Below, piece by piece: positions 48,839-57,910 of a stretch of DNA of 64,000 nucleotides. The notes beneath the pieces were generated by a model. It did not search any database. It was not told the origin of the DNA and was given only the letters and a program-made list of their open reading frames with translations. Source of the stretch: a bacterium (GTDB lineage Bacteria > Verrucomicrobiota > Lentisphaeria > Victivallales > GWF2-38-69). Location of the stretch: assembly GCA_021781705.1 (NCBI GenBank), contig JAJXWI010000007.1, positions 325-64,324 of the forward strand, read 5' to 3'. A program made the translations under genes and the position numbers. Positions within the stretch are counted from its first letter, which is position 1; the number at the start of each line of letters is the position of its first letter.

Positions 48839-49410
48839 ACATAATAAGCGGTGCCGCCAGAGGCATAAGACTTGAAGTCCCAAAAGGGTTAGATGTAAGG
48901 CCTACAGCTGCCAGAGCAAGAAAGTCTCTGTTCGATTCATTGAGGTTTTTTCAAGGGCTGACGATTGTTGATCTGTTTTCAGGGGTGGGCGCTCTCGGGT
49001 TGGAAGCTGCCAGCCGAGGTGCAGAAGATATCTATTTTGTGGAAAATTCTTTTGAAAATTGCCGGTTTATTGAGGAAAACATCCAAAAACTGAAAACTGC
49101 CGGAGTTGAATCCAAAATGAGTGTTGTCAAGTGCGATGCTATGAAGGTGTGTGAGAATCTGGCCGGCTTGAGAGGTAAAATAGATATAATATTTGCCGAT
49201 CCACCTTATGATATGGCTGATACAATAACCAAAAATCTTTTTGGAAGCGAAAAGTTTATCGAATGGGTAGGCAACGCTTTGTTTGTTTTTGAATCTCCTT
49301 CGGAAATAAGCAGAAAACCTGATTTTAAAGATTTAAGCTTGTGGACTACTAGAGACTGTCGTAAATTAGGACAATCGATTTTTTATTTTTTAACAACAAA
49401 AAAACTTTAG
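48835..49410 (+). CDS. rsmD: 16S rRNA (guanine966-N2)-methyltransferase RsmD
   Basis: RPTAARARKSLFDSL, DLFSGVGALGLEAASRGA, IIFADPPY. Confidence 0.85.
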   Translation: MNIISGAARGIRLEVPKGLDVRPTAARARKSLFDSLRFFQGLTIVDLFSGVGALGLEAASRGAEDIYFVENSFENCRFIEENIQKLKTAGVESKMSVVKCDAMKVCENLAGLRGKIDIIFADPPYDMADTITKNLFGSEKFIEWVGNALFVFESPSEISRKPDFKDLSLWTTRDCRKLGQSIFYFLTTKKL

Positions 49411-49417
49411 TACATAT

Positions 49418-49921
49418 ATGAAAAAAGCTCTTTTCCCGGGAAGTTTTGATCCCGTAACAAATGGACATCTTGATGTCATTGAAAGAGCATCGAAGTTGTT
49501 TGATGCTCTTATTGTATCTGTAGCTGTAAATGAAACCAAATGTTCTCTTTTTAGCATTCCGGAGAGAAAGGAATTTTTAAAAATTGCATGCGAGGAGCGT
49601 GGAATAAAAAACATAGAAGTAACTAGCTTCAGCGGACTTCTTGTGGATGCAGTAAAGAAAATGAGGGTTAATGTTGTTATTCGCGGGCTCAGAGCATTTT
49701 CGGATTTTGAGTTTGAATTTCAATTGGCTTTAATGAATCGAGAATTGGATAAAGCTTGTGAAACAATTTTTCTTATGCCAAGTCCAGAATATACCTTTGT
49801 AAGTTCAAGAATGATAAAAGAAATAGCTAAATTCGGCGGAGATATATCGGCTTTTGTTCCTCCTGTTGTAAAGAGGGCTTTGAAGGAAAAAAAGCTAGGT
49901 AAAAGCAGGATAGTTTTATGA
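49418..49921 (+). CDS. coaD: Phosphopantetheine adenylyltransferase
   Basis: ALFPGSFDPVTNGHLDVIERA, VIRGLRAFSDFEFEFQLALMNR, SSRMIKEIAKFGGDIS. Confidence 0.95.
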   Translation: MKKALFPGSFDPVTNGHLDVIERASKLFDALIVSVAVNETKCSLFSIPERKEFLKIACEERGIKNIEVTSFSGLLVDAVKKMRVNVVIRGLRAFSDFEFEFQLALMNRELDKACETIFLMPSPEYTFVSSRMIKEIAKFGGDISAFVPPVVKRALKEKKLGKSRIVL

Positions 49922-50382
49922 TAAGTGTTATAGTATCAAGAGTAACTGAGGATGGGCTTTTTATTGAGGGCGAAGAACCTTCCAGCGTGATGAATATTGA
50001 GCCTGAATCCAGGATTATTCCCATTCGCGGACTTTATTATAAAATAAAAGTTGCGATGATAAATAATGGGATTCTCGTTACCGGAAGCGCTCACATGAGC
50101 TTTAAATCTTTATGTGATAATTGCCTAGCTGAATTTGAGTTAAAAATTGCCAATGAAAACATTTGCCACCTGTACGAAAAGACAGACGCTTGCGAAATTG
50201 ACTTGACAGAAGATGTAAGAGAAGATATTTTAATTAGTTTGCCACATAGATTACTATGCAAAAAAAACTGCAAAGGGCTTTGTTTTAATTGTGGGCAAAA
50301 TTTAAATTTAAAAAAGTGTTCTTGTCCGAAACAGAAAAATAAGGATCTGGTCTGGGAAGAACTGAATAAATTAAAACTTTAA
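49918..50382 (+). CDS. yceD: YceD/DUF177 family protein
   Basis: Conserved position upstream of rpmF-plsX. It has LCDNCLAEF and a C-terminal CKKNCKGLCFNCGQNLN Cys cluster. Confidence 0.75.
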   Translation: MISVIVSRVTEDGLFIEGEEPSSVMNIEPESRIIPIRGLYYKIKVAMINNGILVTGSAHMSFKSLCDNCLAEFELKIANENICHLYEKTDACEIDLTEDVREDILISLPHRLLCKKNCKGLCFNCGQNLNLKKCSCPKQKNKDLVWEELNKLKL

Positions 50383-50406
50383 TAAATATTTAAATGGAGT
50401 AAAAAA

Positions 50407-50586
50407 ATGGGCGTTCCGAAAAGAAAAACTTCCAAAATGAAGAAAAGACAACGTAAAGGTGCTAATCGTTATGAAGGTATAAAGACTGGTATTTGTACTG
50501 CCTGCCAAGCTCCTGTCCTCCCTCATAAAGTCTGTTCATCTTGTGGAACTTATAAAGGCAAACAAGTTATAACTGTTGAGGCATGA
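50407..50586 (+). CDS. rpmF: 50S ribosomal protein L32
   Basis: Below the ORF-track cutoff. The ATG at 50407 gives MGVPKRKTSKMKKRQRKGANRYEGIKTGICTACQAPVLPHKVCSSCGTYKGKQVITVEA (59 aa), overlapping the plsX start. Confidence 0.9.
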   Translation: MGVPKRKTSKMKKRQRKGANRYEGIKTGICTACQAPVLPHKVCSSCGTYKGKQVITVEA

Positions 50587-51605
50587 TGAAAATTGCCATC
50601 GATGCAATGGGTGGAGATTATGCTCCAGCCTCTGTAATAGATGGAACTGCTGAAGCTTTAAATGCTTATACGGGCTTTGATGTGGTTCTTGTAGGACATC
50701 TTGAAGAGATAAAACCTCTATTGCAAAAACATGGGCTTGATAAAAATCCAAGAGTTCAACTTGTTCACGCGGAACAGGTTGTAAATATGGACGAGTCATC
50801 AACCACTGCTATCAGAGCAAAAAAAGGTTCTTCAGTGACAGTTGCTGCAGGTATTGTTGGAAAAGGAGACGCTGATGCGTTGGTTACAATAGGGCATACC
50901 GGAGCTGCAGTAGCTGCTACTATGATAAAAATGAGGACTCTGCCTGGCGTAGAGAGACCTGCAATTGCTGTCATTTTACCTTCTAAGGAAGGGCGAACAG
51001 TTCTTCTTGACGCTGGAGCCAATGTTGAATGCAGTTCTGCAAACCTTGCTCAATTTGCAGTAATGGGGGAAATTTATTCAAAAATAATTTTAGGTTTGGA
51101 CAGCCCCAAAATAGGTCTTATGAGTGTAGGCGATGAAGACACAAAAGGCAACGATATGACTAAGGAAGCTTTTAAACTTCTTTCAAATATGCCTATTAAC
51201 TTCATCGGAAATGTTGAGGGTTGTGATATTTTTAAGGATAGAGTTGACGTGGTTGTATGTGACGGCTTTGTTGGCAATGTTGTATTGAAAGCCTGTGAAG
51301 GTCTATCTAAAGCAGTTTTTCATTGGCTAAAAAAGGCATTTACAAAAAATCCATTGAGAATAGCAACCGCACTCCTAGCGCTAAAACCTTTTGCAGAACT
51401 TAAGGGGATGGGAGACCAGGAAGAATATGGCGGAGCTCCTCTTCTTGGCGTAAATAGAATTTGTATTATAGGTCATGGTTCTTCTTCTCCAAAAGCTGTT
51501 AAAAACGCAATACGAGTAGCAGTTGAACTAGTTAATAAAAATTTAAACGAAGAAATCCTGAAAAAGCTGCAGGCGTCTAATGCCATGATTAATGTTGGTC
51601 ATTAG
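50583..51605 (+). CDS. plsX: Phosphate acyltransferase PlsX
   Basis: MKIAIDAMGGDYAP, DADALVTIGHTGA, GNVEG and DVVVCDGFVGNVVLK. Confidence 0.95.
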   Translation: MMKIAIDAMGGDYAPASVIDGTAEALNAYTGFDVVLVGHLEEIKPLLQKHGLDKNPRVQLVHAEQVVNMDESSTTAIRAKKGSSVTVAAGIVGKGDADALVTIGHTGAAVAATMIKMRTLPGVERPAIAVILPSKEGRTVLLDAGANVECSSANLAQFAVMGEIYSKIILGLDSPKIGLMSVGDEDTKGNDMTKEAFKLLSNMPINFIGNVEGCDIFKDRVDVVVCDGFVGNVVLKACEGLSKAVFHWLKKAFTKNPLRIATALLALKPFAELKGMGDQEEYGGAPLLGVNRICIIGHGSSSPKAVKNAIRVAVELVNKNLNEEILKKLQASNAMINVGH

Positions 51606-51627
51606 AAATCAGCTTGATTTTTGTTAG

Positions 51628-52611
51628 ATGGGTATAAAAATAGTTGGAATTGGTTCGTATGTTCCTGAGAGGGTTCTTACTAATTTTGATCTGGAAAAAA
51701 TAGTAGATACCAATGATGAGTGGATTAGGACAAGAACTGGCATACAGGAACGCAGAATAGCTTCAGATACTGAATATACTTCTGATATGGCAGAAATGGC
51801 GGCAAGAAGAGCTTTGGAAATGGCTGGTTCTTTTGCAGATCAGTTGGACTTAATTGTTTTAGCTACGGTTACGCCTGATACTAGACTCCCGAGCGCTGCC
51901 TGTCATGTTCAAAGAAAACTTGGAGCGCGATCTGCGGCGTGCTTTGATTTTCAAGCAGCTTGTGCCGGTTCGGTTTATGGAATAGAGCTGGTTACTGCCA
52001 TGATGAAAAATAATCGCAAATATAAAAAAGCATTATTGGTGGGGTGTGAAAAACTTAGCAGTGTAACAAACTGGTCTGACAGGAATACATGTGTATTGTT
52101 CGGGGATGCTGCAGGCGCCTTTATTTTTGAAAAAACTAAGGAATCAGGGGATACTCTTTTGGCAAGTGTTATAAGTGCCAACGGAGCTGATTATGAAATG
52201 TTGTGGATCCCCGGCGGCGGTTGTCAGTTGCCTCTCACAAAAGAAAATGTTGATAGTAATCTCCAGTATATAAGAATGGAAGGTAATAAAGTTTTCAAGA
52301 TTGCTGTCACCTCAATGGTGAACTCCTGCCATGAAGTACTGGAGGCGGCTCATCTTAAAAGCGAAGATATTGACTGGCTCATTCCTCATCAAGCTAATAT
52401 GCGAATAATAGGTGCGGTAGGGGAGCGACTGAAAATTCCTACAGAAAAAGTTATTTCTAATCTTTGGAAATATGGTAATACTTCTGCGGCATCGATAGGA
52501 CTTGCTTTAGATGAAGCTGCCAGAAGTGGCAAAGTCAAAAAAGGAGATAGGTTACTTCTTACAGCATTTGGCGGCGGCATGACTTGGGGTTCTTCTATTC
52601 TAAGATGGTAA
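51628..52611 (+). CDS. fabH: 3-oxoacyl-ACP synthase III
   Basis: NDEWIRTRTGIQERR, active-site AACAGSVYG, IPHQANMRII, GNTSAASIGLAL, FGGGMTWG. Confidence 0.95.
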   Translation: MGIKIVGIGSYVPERVLTNFDLEKIVDTNDEWIRTRTGIQERRIASDTEYTSDMAEMAARRALEMAGSFADQLDLIVLATVTPDTRLPSAACHVQRKLGARSAACFDFQAACAGSVYGIELVTAMMKNNRKYKKALLVGCEKLSSVTNWSDRNTCVLFGDAAGAFIFEKTKESGDTLLASVISANGADYEMLWIPGGGCQLPLTKENVDSNLQYIRMEGNKVFKIAVTSMVNSCHEVLEAAHLKSEDIDWLIPHQANMRIIGAVGERLKIPTEKVISNLWKYGNTSAASIGLALDEAARSGKVKKGDRLLLTAFGGGMTWGSSILRW

Positions 52612-52636
52612 CTTTACAAAAGACAAGGTTATTCCT

Positions 52637-53743
52637 GTGATATTATTTTCATCCTGCTCTTGGAGAAAAAATTACTTGTGCCTTTACTTGCTTGTATTGT
52701 TAACTTCAGCAGGCGTTATTTCATCCTGTTCAAAAAGTAGCAATAATCCCGAACCTCCACATTTAAAAACTCAGCTTGTCTCCGAACTTTTTTCGGCGCT
52801 TAGACAGGAAAATTGGGAAGTTGCTTTAGAAAAAATAAACAGAATAAGAGAATTATCTCCTGATGAAGCAGCCCTTTCCGGTATTGAACTTACTATTAAA
52901 AACAACCTTACAATTCAAGAGACACAAAAAAAACTTGATGATAGTGATATAGATGGGGCTATAAAAATCATAAATGACTTTACGGAAAAGAATGGGCAAA
53001 CAGTAGATTTTCGTGATGCCATTAGAGAGCTTAATACTTTAAAGGAAATACGAAGTCTATCTGAGTCTGTAGCCGCTGAAGAAGATAGTGTAAATCTAGC
53101 ATATGCTACGGCAAAACTGAATAAAACAATCTCAAGCTACCCTGATGCAAAAAATTTGCAATCACTTACAGATCGAACTCCCTCAAGAATTCAGGAACTG
53201 AAAAAGAAAGAACGTCTCATGGGGCTTGAGGATTTACGCGCCGACATAGATATAGAATGGTTTAAAAACATAGAGGTTATTGATACATTGATGGCAATGT
53301 TTGAAGCTATTAATCCAGATGATGACTTGCCTTTGTCTTATAGAAAAGGGTTGGCCGCAGACTGGGATAATTTAAGTTTCACTGAAAATTATCTTAATTC
53401 TAATCTGGAATACATATTTTTTAGAATGATTTTACTTGCTGACCAGAAGGGTCAGCAGCAAAAAGATTTAATGTCCAAGCTGGCGACTCTTGAGCCAAAT
53501 AACTATAGAACTATGTTGATGAAAGGATTTATTCTGAACATGCTAGGCAAAGTGGATGATTCTATGACCATTCTATCAACAGTAAAAACTGACTTATCAA
53601 TTAGCGACTCTCAGTACATGGCCTGGTTCATTTTGTCCCCTACAAATACTGGTGTTTATGAAATAAACCCATTTGCTTTGTGCCCATTCTTTGTTTATAT
53701 TTCAAATGACTTAAGTTTTGTCAATAAAACAAAAACTCAATAA
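52637..53743 (+). CDS. Putative lipoprotein with helical-repeat (TPR-like) content
   Basis: GTG start. LLVLLTSAGVISSCSK is a lipobox. The rest is helical with no catalytic motif. Confidence 0.45.
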   Translation: MILFSSCSWRKNYLCLYLLVLLTSAGVISSCSKSSNNPEPPHLKTQLVSELFSALRQENWEVALEKINRIRELSPDEAALSGIELTIKNNLTIQETQKKLDDSDIDGAIKIINDFTEKNGQTVDFRDAIRELNTLKEIRSLSESVAAEEDSVNLAYATAKLNKTISSYPDAKNLQSLTDRTPSRIQELKKKERLMGLEDLRADIDIEWFKNIEVIDTLMAMFEAINPDDDLPLSYRKGLAADWDNLSFTENYLNSNLEYIFFRMILLADQKGQQQKDLMSKLATLEPNNYRTMLMKGFILNMLGKVDDSMTILSTVKTDLSISDSQYMAWFILSPTNTGVYEINPFALCPFFVYISNDLSFVNKTKTQ

Positions 53744-53768
53744 AAACAACACAAGGAGCAAAAATCAC

Positions 53769-54935
53769 ATGCAAAAGAAATTAATTGTAATGGCTTCTTC
53801 CTTCTGCGTAATGGCTTCCCTTTGCTTTGCGCAAGATGCTAAGGTGGCAGCAGATGCGAAAGATGCAAAAACAGATGTTAAGGCGGCAGTAGATGCGAAA
53901 GATGCAAAAACAGATGTTAAGGCGGCAGATGCGAAACAAGCAAAAATTGAAATGCCAAAAATGCCAGAACTTGATCCTAAAACTTGGGATTTTCTTCCTG
54001 ATGTTGTGGCTACTGTAGGCGACAAAAAAATTACAAAATCTGATCTTGTAAGAGTTTTAAATCCTCAGGCAAAGATGATGATGATGATGGGGCAAAAATT
54101 TGTTGCCGATGACTATAAGAATTTAGCAAAGGGGTTAACTCAAGAGCTTGTAAAGGCCGCTATAGTTGAAAATCTTGCAGCTAAGGAAGGGTATAAATCT
54201 ACTCCTGAACTGGAAAATCAAGTTTATGATAAGTTCGTTGAAGGTATGAAAAAACAGATGCCTGATTCAAAAAACTTCAATTTCGAAGACATGATAAAGC
54301 AGCAGGGGCTTACAGTTGCTGACGTAAAGAAACAGATGGCCGAAGGTGAAGTTGTACAAAAGTGGGTTAATGAAAAAATTGTTCCTAAGATAAAAATTTC
54401 TGACGCTGACGTAAAATCATTTTACGACAAGAACAAAGAAACTTTCTTTAAGAAACCTGAAACAGTGACAGCTTCTCATATTCTTTTCAAGCCTAGCGAG
54501 AGTGCTGATAAGTCCAAAGAGAATACCGATAAATTCTGGGAAGAAGCCAAGGCAACAGCTGAAAAGGCATATAAAGATATTGTGGACAAAAAGATTACTT
54601 TTGAAGATGCAGTCAAAAAGTACAGTGAAGGACCTAGCAAGGATAATGGCGGACAGCTCGGAACTTTTGCCAAAGGGCAGATGGTTCCTGAATTTGAGGT
54701 CGCATGTTGGAAGCTAGCTCAGGGCAATATGAGCGGATACGAGTTGGTAAAAACTCAATTCGGCTGGCACGTAATCAAAGTTACCGCTTATGACAAGGGC
54801 GGATATATAGATCTTGACGATAAAGTTTCTTCCCAAATTAAGGAAAAACTCAAACAGGAGGCTGTTTTCAAGAAAGTCAATGAAATGATTGATGCTCAAA
54901 TGAAGAAGTTAAATCCTGTTGTCAGTATTAAATAA
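53769..54935 (+). CDS. SurA/PrsA-like parvulin peptidyl-prolyl isomerase
   Basis: The ATG at 53769 gives MQKKLIVMASSFCVMASLCFA (signal peptide), a DAK-rich repeat, a chaperone-like helical region, and a parvulin domain ASHILFKP...QLGTFAKGQMVPEFE...GWHVIKV. Confidence 0.8.
   Translation: MQKKLIVMASSFCVMASLCFAQDAKVAADAKDAKTDVKAAVDAKDAKTDVKAADAKQAKIEMPKMPELDPKTWDFLPDVVATVGDKKITKSDLVRVLNPQAKMMMMMGQKFVADDYKNLAKGLTQELVKAAIVENLAAKEGYKSTPELENQVYDKFVEGMKKQMPDSKNFNFEDMIKQQGLTVADVKKQMAEGEVVQKWVNEKIVPKIKISDADVKSFYDKNKETFFKKPETVTASHILFKPSESADKSKENTDKFWEEAKATAEKAYKDIVDKKITFEDAVKKYSEGPSKDNGGQLGTFAKGQMVPEFEVACWKLAQGNMSGYELVKTQFGWHVIKVTAYDKGGYIDLDDKVSSQIKEKLKQEAVFKKVNEMIDAQMKKLNPVVSIK
53853..53945 (+). repeat. 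Tandem 39-nt repeat (about 2.4 copies) encoding (A)DAKDAKTDVKAA in the PPIase N-terminus
   Basis: GATGCGAAAGATGCAAAAACAGATGTTAAGGCGGCAG occurs at 53853-53889 and identically at 53892-53928, followed by a partial third copy GATGCGAAACAAGCAAAA. Confidence 0.85.
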
Positions 54936-54958
54936 TCTCTGTTAATCGATAATAGTGC

Positions 54959-54995
54959 AGTCGGCAGCCCATTAATTGGGCTGCCGACTTTTTGC
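54959..54995 (+). terminator. Rho-independent terminator of the PPIase gene
   Basis: A 13-bp perfect stem AGTCGGCAGCCCA / TGGGCTGCCGACT with a 5-nt loop, followed by TTTTTG. Confidence 0.85.
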
Positions 54996-55328
54996 TTTAG
55001 GTTATTTACTATTCGGACAAATATCCTAGCCCAAGTTTACCCCGCCCCTTAGAGAGTAACCTTGGACTAACTTAATCTTAAGGGAAAAAAACACGAAGGC
55101 CATCCTTAAGGTATGGCACGCATATGTGGATGCAATGGAATCTAAAAAAGCTGAAGATTATTATGATGGGGTTGGGGTGTTAGGATGCTATCTAACATGG
55201 ACACAACGCTCCCCGTGGAGTTATATATCTTTTAGATTGAGAGAGTTAATAATTTTGAATAAGTCATTGCTCAAGAAAAGGAAACTGACAAGATGCCTTT
55301 GACGTAACCAGCGTTCAATATACAAAGC

Positions 55329-55360
55329 CGGAGCCGAGTAGGCGATCGGCTCCGTTTTCT
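55329..55360. terminator. Stem-loop downstream of the GGGtGRT gene (possibly bidirectional)
   Basis: CGGAGCCGA (55329-55337), an 8-nt loop, then TCGGCTCCG (55346-55354). The plus strand follows with TTTTCT; the minus strand follows with GCTTTGTAT. Confidence 0.55.
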
Positions 55361-55420
55361 AAAAGTGCTGTACATTCGCAACAAAATAACTCATAGTCTC
55401 ATGCTTATGAGACTATTAAT

Positions 55421-56422
55421 TTATTTACCTGTAGCTACTTCTATAGCGACGGCTACTGAGACTGTTGCGCCAACCATGGGGTTGTTGCCCATCCCAATGA
55501 GCCCCATCATTTCTACATGCGCCGGGACTGAGGAAGAGCCTGCAAACTGAGCGTCAGAGTGCATTCTGCCCATTGTATCGGTCATTCCGTAAGAAGCAGG
55601 GCCCGCAGCCATATTGTCGGGATGAAGTGTTCTTCCTGTTCCTCCGCCTGAAGCGACAGAAAAATATTTAATTCCCAGTTCCGAAGTTTCTTTTTTATAT
55701 GTTCCTACGACAGGATGTTGGAATCTGGTGGGATTAGTTGAATTTCCTGTGATGGATACTCCCACTTTTTCATGATGCATTATAGCTACGCCTTCGCGTA
55801 CGTCGTCAGTGCCATAGCATCTTACTTTTGCTCTTTCGCCTGTGGAATATGCAATTTCCTTAACGATATCAAGTTTGCTCGTGTAGTAGTCAAACTTTGT
55901 TTTTACGTAGGTAAAACCATTCACTCTGGAAATGATCTGAGCGGCGTCTTTTCCCAGTCCGTTCAAAATTACTTTCAGAGGCGTTTTTCTTACTTTATTG
56001 GCTGAGTTAGCAATGCCGATCGCTCCTTCAGCTGCAGCAAATGATTCATGTCCTGCTACAAAAGCAAAACATTGCGTCTCTTCGCTTAGCAGCATTGCGC
56101 CGAGGTTGCCATGGCCGATCCCGACTTTTCTGTCATCAGCTACAGAACCAGGAATGCAAAAGGCTTGGAGCCCTTCCCCGATAGCCGTTGATGCCGCCGC
56201 CGCTTTAGTTATGCCTTTTTTGATTGCTATTGCTGCGCCTAAAATGTAAGCCCAGCATGCGTTTTCAAAGCATATGGGCTGAACATCTTTTACGATTGAT
56301 GCAACATCTATTCCCTTATCTGTGCATATTTTTTTCGCTTCTTCAAGTGAGGCGATGTTATACTTTTTCAGGACTTCATTAATCTTGTCTATTCTTCTTT
56401 CATATCCTTCAAACAGTGCCAT
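55421..56422 (-). CDS. GGGtGRT-family protein (conserved, function unknown)
   Basis: 333 aa containing the eponymous motif SVASGGGTGRTLHPD, paired with a NifU-like gene immediately upstream. Confidence 0.75.
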   Translation of the reverse strand: MALFEGYERRIDKINEVLKKYNIASLEEAKKICTDKGIDVASIVKDVQPICFENACWAYILGAAIAIKKGITKAAAASTAIGEGLQAFCIPGSVADDRKVGIGHGNLGAMLLSEETQCFAFVAGHESFAAAEGAIGIANSANKVRKTPLKVILNGLGKDAAQIISRVNGFTYVKTKFDYYTSKLDIVKEIAYSTGERAKVRCYGTDDVREGVAIMHHEKVGVSITGNSTNPTRFQHPVVGTYKKETSELGIKYFSVASGGGTGRTLHPDNMAAGPASYGMTDTMGRMHSDAQFAGSSSVPAHVEMMGLIGMGNNPMVGATVSVAVAIEVATGK

Positions 56423-56445
56423 TTTCTCTGATTCCTCTTTACTTG

Positions 56446-57138
56446 TTATTCTTTTCTCGGGTCAATGTACTTAACAGCTTCTTTGAAACGGCCATAAGTT
56501 CCGGTAGCTTTTTTTATAGCTTCTGATGATTCTGTGCCCTTCTTAATCATGTCCATCATCTTGCCGAAATGTATGAATTCGTAGCCGATAATTTCATCAT
56601 TTGCGTCAAGAGCAGTCCTTGTGACATAACCTTCTGCCATTTCAAGGTATCTGGGACCTTTGCTTACGGTACTGTACATGGTGCCAACCTGGCTTCTGAG
56701 CCCTTTCCCTAAATCTTCAAGCCCTGCACCGATAGGCAGTCCACCTTCAGTGAATGCTGTTTGGCTTCTCCCATAAGCTATTTGAAGGAATAGCTCTCTC
56801 ATTGCCGTGTTTATAGCATCGCAAACCAGATCTGTATTCAGCGCCTCAAGAATAGTTTTTCCTGTAAGTATTTCGGCTGCCATCGCTGCTGAATGGGTCA
56901 TTCCAGAACATCCGATAGTCTCTATCAGAGCTTCATGGATTATTCCATCTTTGATGTTTAGCGTAAGTTTGCAAGCTCCCTGTTGAGGGGCGCACCAGCC
57001 CACGCCATGTGTTAATCCGGAAATATCTTTTATTTCTTTTGCCTGTGTCCATTTTCCTTCCTGAGGAATTGGAGCCGGTCCATGGTTTGGTCCCTTGGCT
57101 ACACAAGTCATTTGTTCCACTTCATGAGAGTAAAGCAA
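56446..57138 (-). CDS. NifU/IscU-like N-terminal-domain protein with a C-terminal extension
   Basis: TTG start with AGGAGG 7 nt upstream. GVGWCAPQQGACKLTLNIKDGIIHEALIETIGCSGMTHSAAMAAEILTGKTILEAL shows the three-Cys scaffold pattern of IscU/NifU. Confidence 0.65.
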   Translation of the reverse strand: MLYSHEVEQMTCVAKGPNHGPAPIPQEGKWTQAKEIKDISGLTHGVGWCAPQQGACKLTLNIKDGIIHEALIETIGCSGMTHSAAMAAEILTGKTILEALNTDLVCDAINTAMRELFLQIAYGRSQTAFTEGGLPIGAGLEDLGKGLRSQVGTMYSTVSKGPRYLEMAEGYVTRTALDANDEIIGYEFIHFGKMMDMIKKGTESSEAIKKATGTYGRFKEAVKYIDPRKE

Positions 57139-57243
57139 TTTTAAGCCCTCCTTGTTTTGTTACCGTTTCGCCGCATGGTACAATTAAAAATATTGGATGA
57201 TTGAGTCCTTAAATTCTTAATTTGCAATTTATAATTTGTAATT

Positions 57244-57708
57244 TTACTCCGAGTATTCAGCCCAGCAGGTTGCCGTTTCCCAGACCCTTACACGTTCCAG
57301 GTATACTTTGCCGCTTATCTCATAAGGTGAGCCGTCTTTATTCGTATAGAATTTATTTCTAGCAAGTTCTGAGCTGATGTGTTTAAAGATTCTTTCGGCG
57401 ACAGACTCCGATGTTGGATCCTGTTTTTCAAAAGTTACGAGTCTATCGAAATTTTTTGAAAAATAGTCGTAGTGTTTTGATTCCGAATTGATGAGCATTG
57501 CGTGGTCAAACGAGTCAAGAAATTTTCCAAAGCCCGTTTTTAAAACCTGAAAATCGCAAACCATGTTATTTTTGTCAAGTTCCTTCGAGGCTAGAATAAT
57601 CTCTATCTTTCTGCTGTGCCCGTGCGGAGCGCGGCAATTGCTGGTATTGTTTTCGCTGGATAAAAAGTGCCCTGTTTCTATCCAGAAAGTTTTGCATATC
57701 CTGTACAT
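57244..57708 (-). CDS. queD: 6-carboxy-5,6,7,8-tetrahydropterin synthase (QueD/PTPS family)
   Basis: From the ATG at 57708: MYRICKTFWIETGHFL...CRAPHGHSRKIEI (CxxxHGH zinc and catalytic motif) and C-terminal VRVWETATCWAEY. Confidence 0.65.
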   Translation of the reverse strand: MYRICKTFWIETGHFLSSENNTSNCRAPHGHSRKIEIILASKELDKNNMVCDFQVLKTGFGKFLDSFDHAMLINSESKHYDYFSKNFDRLVTFEKQDPTSESVAERIFKHISSELARNKFYTNKDGSPYEISGKVYLERVRVWETATCWAEYSE

Positions 57709-57910
57709 AATACTAAATCCGATTGAAATTTCAATGTTTTTGTAAAATTGCACAATTAGCTGGTAATGTCAACATGCTCGATTATTTTTGTTGCTGGTTT
57801 TAGTATATGAAAATTTTAGAAAACAGGATTTTTTGGGGTATATTTAATATTGCTTATTTACGGAAGAATGGGAAATTACATATAAGAACAAATTTAAAGA
57901 AGGTTTTTTC

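Noticed and set aside
55365-55550. 61-aa plus-strand ORF
   Set aside because: It is antisense to the C-terminus of the GGGtGRT gene and is a shadow ORF.
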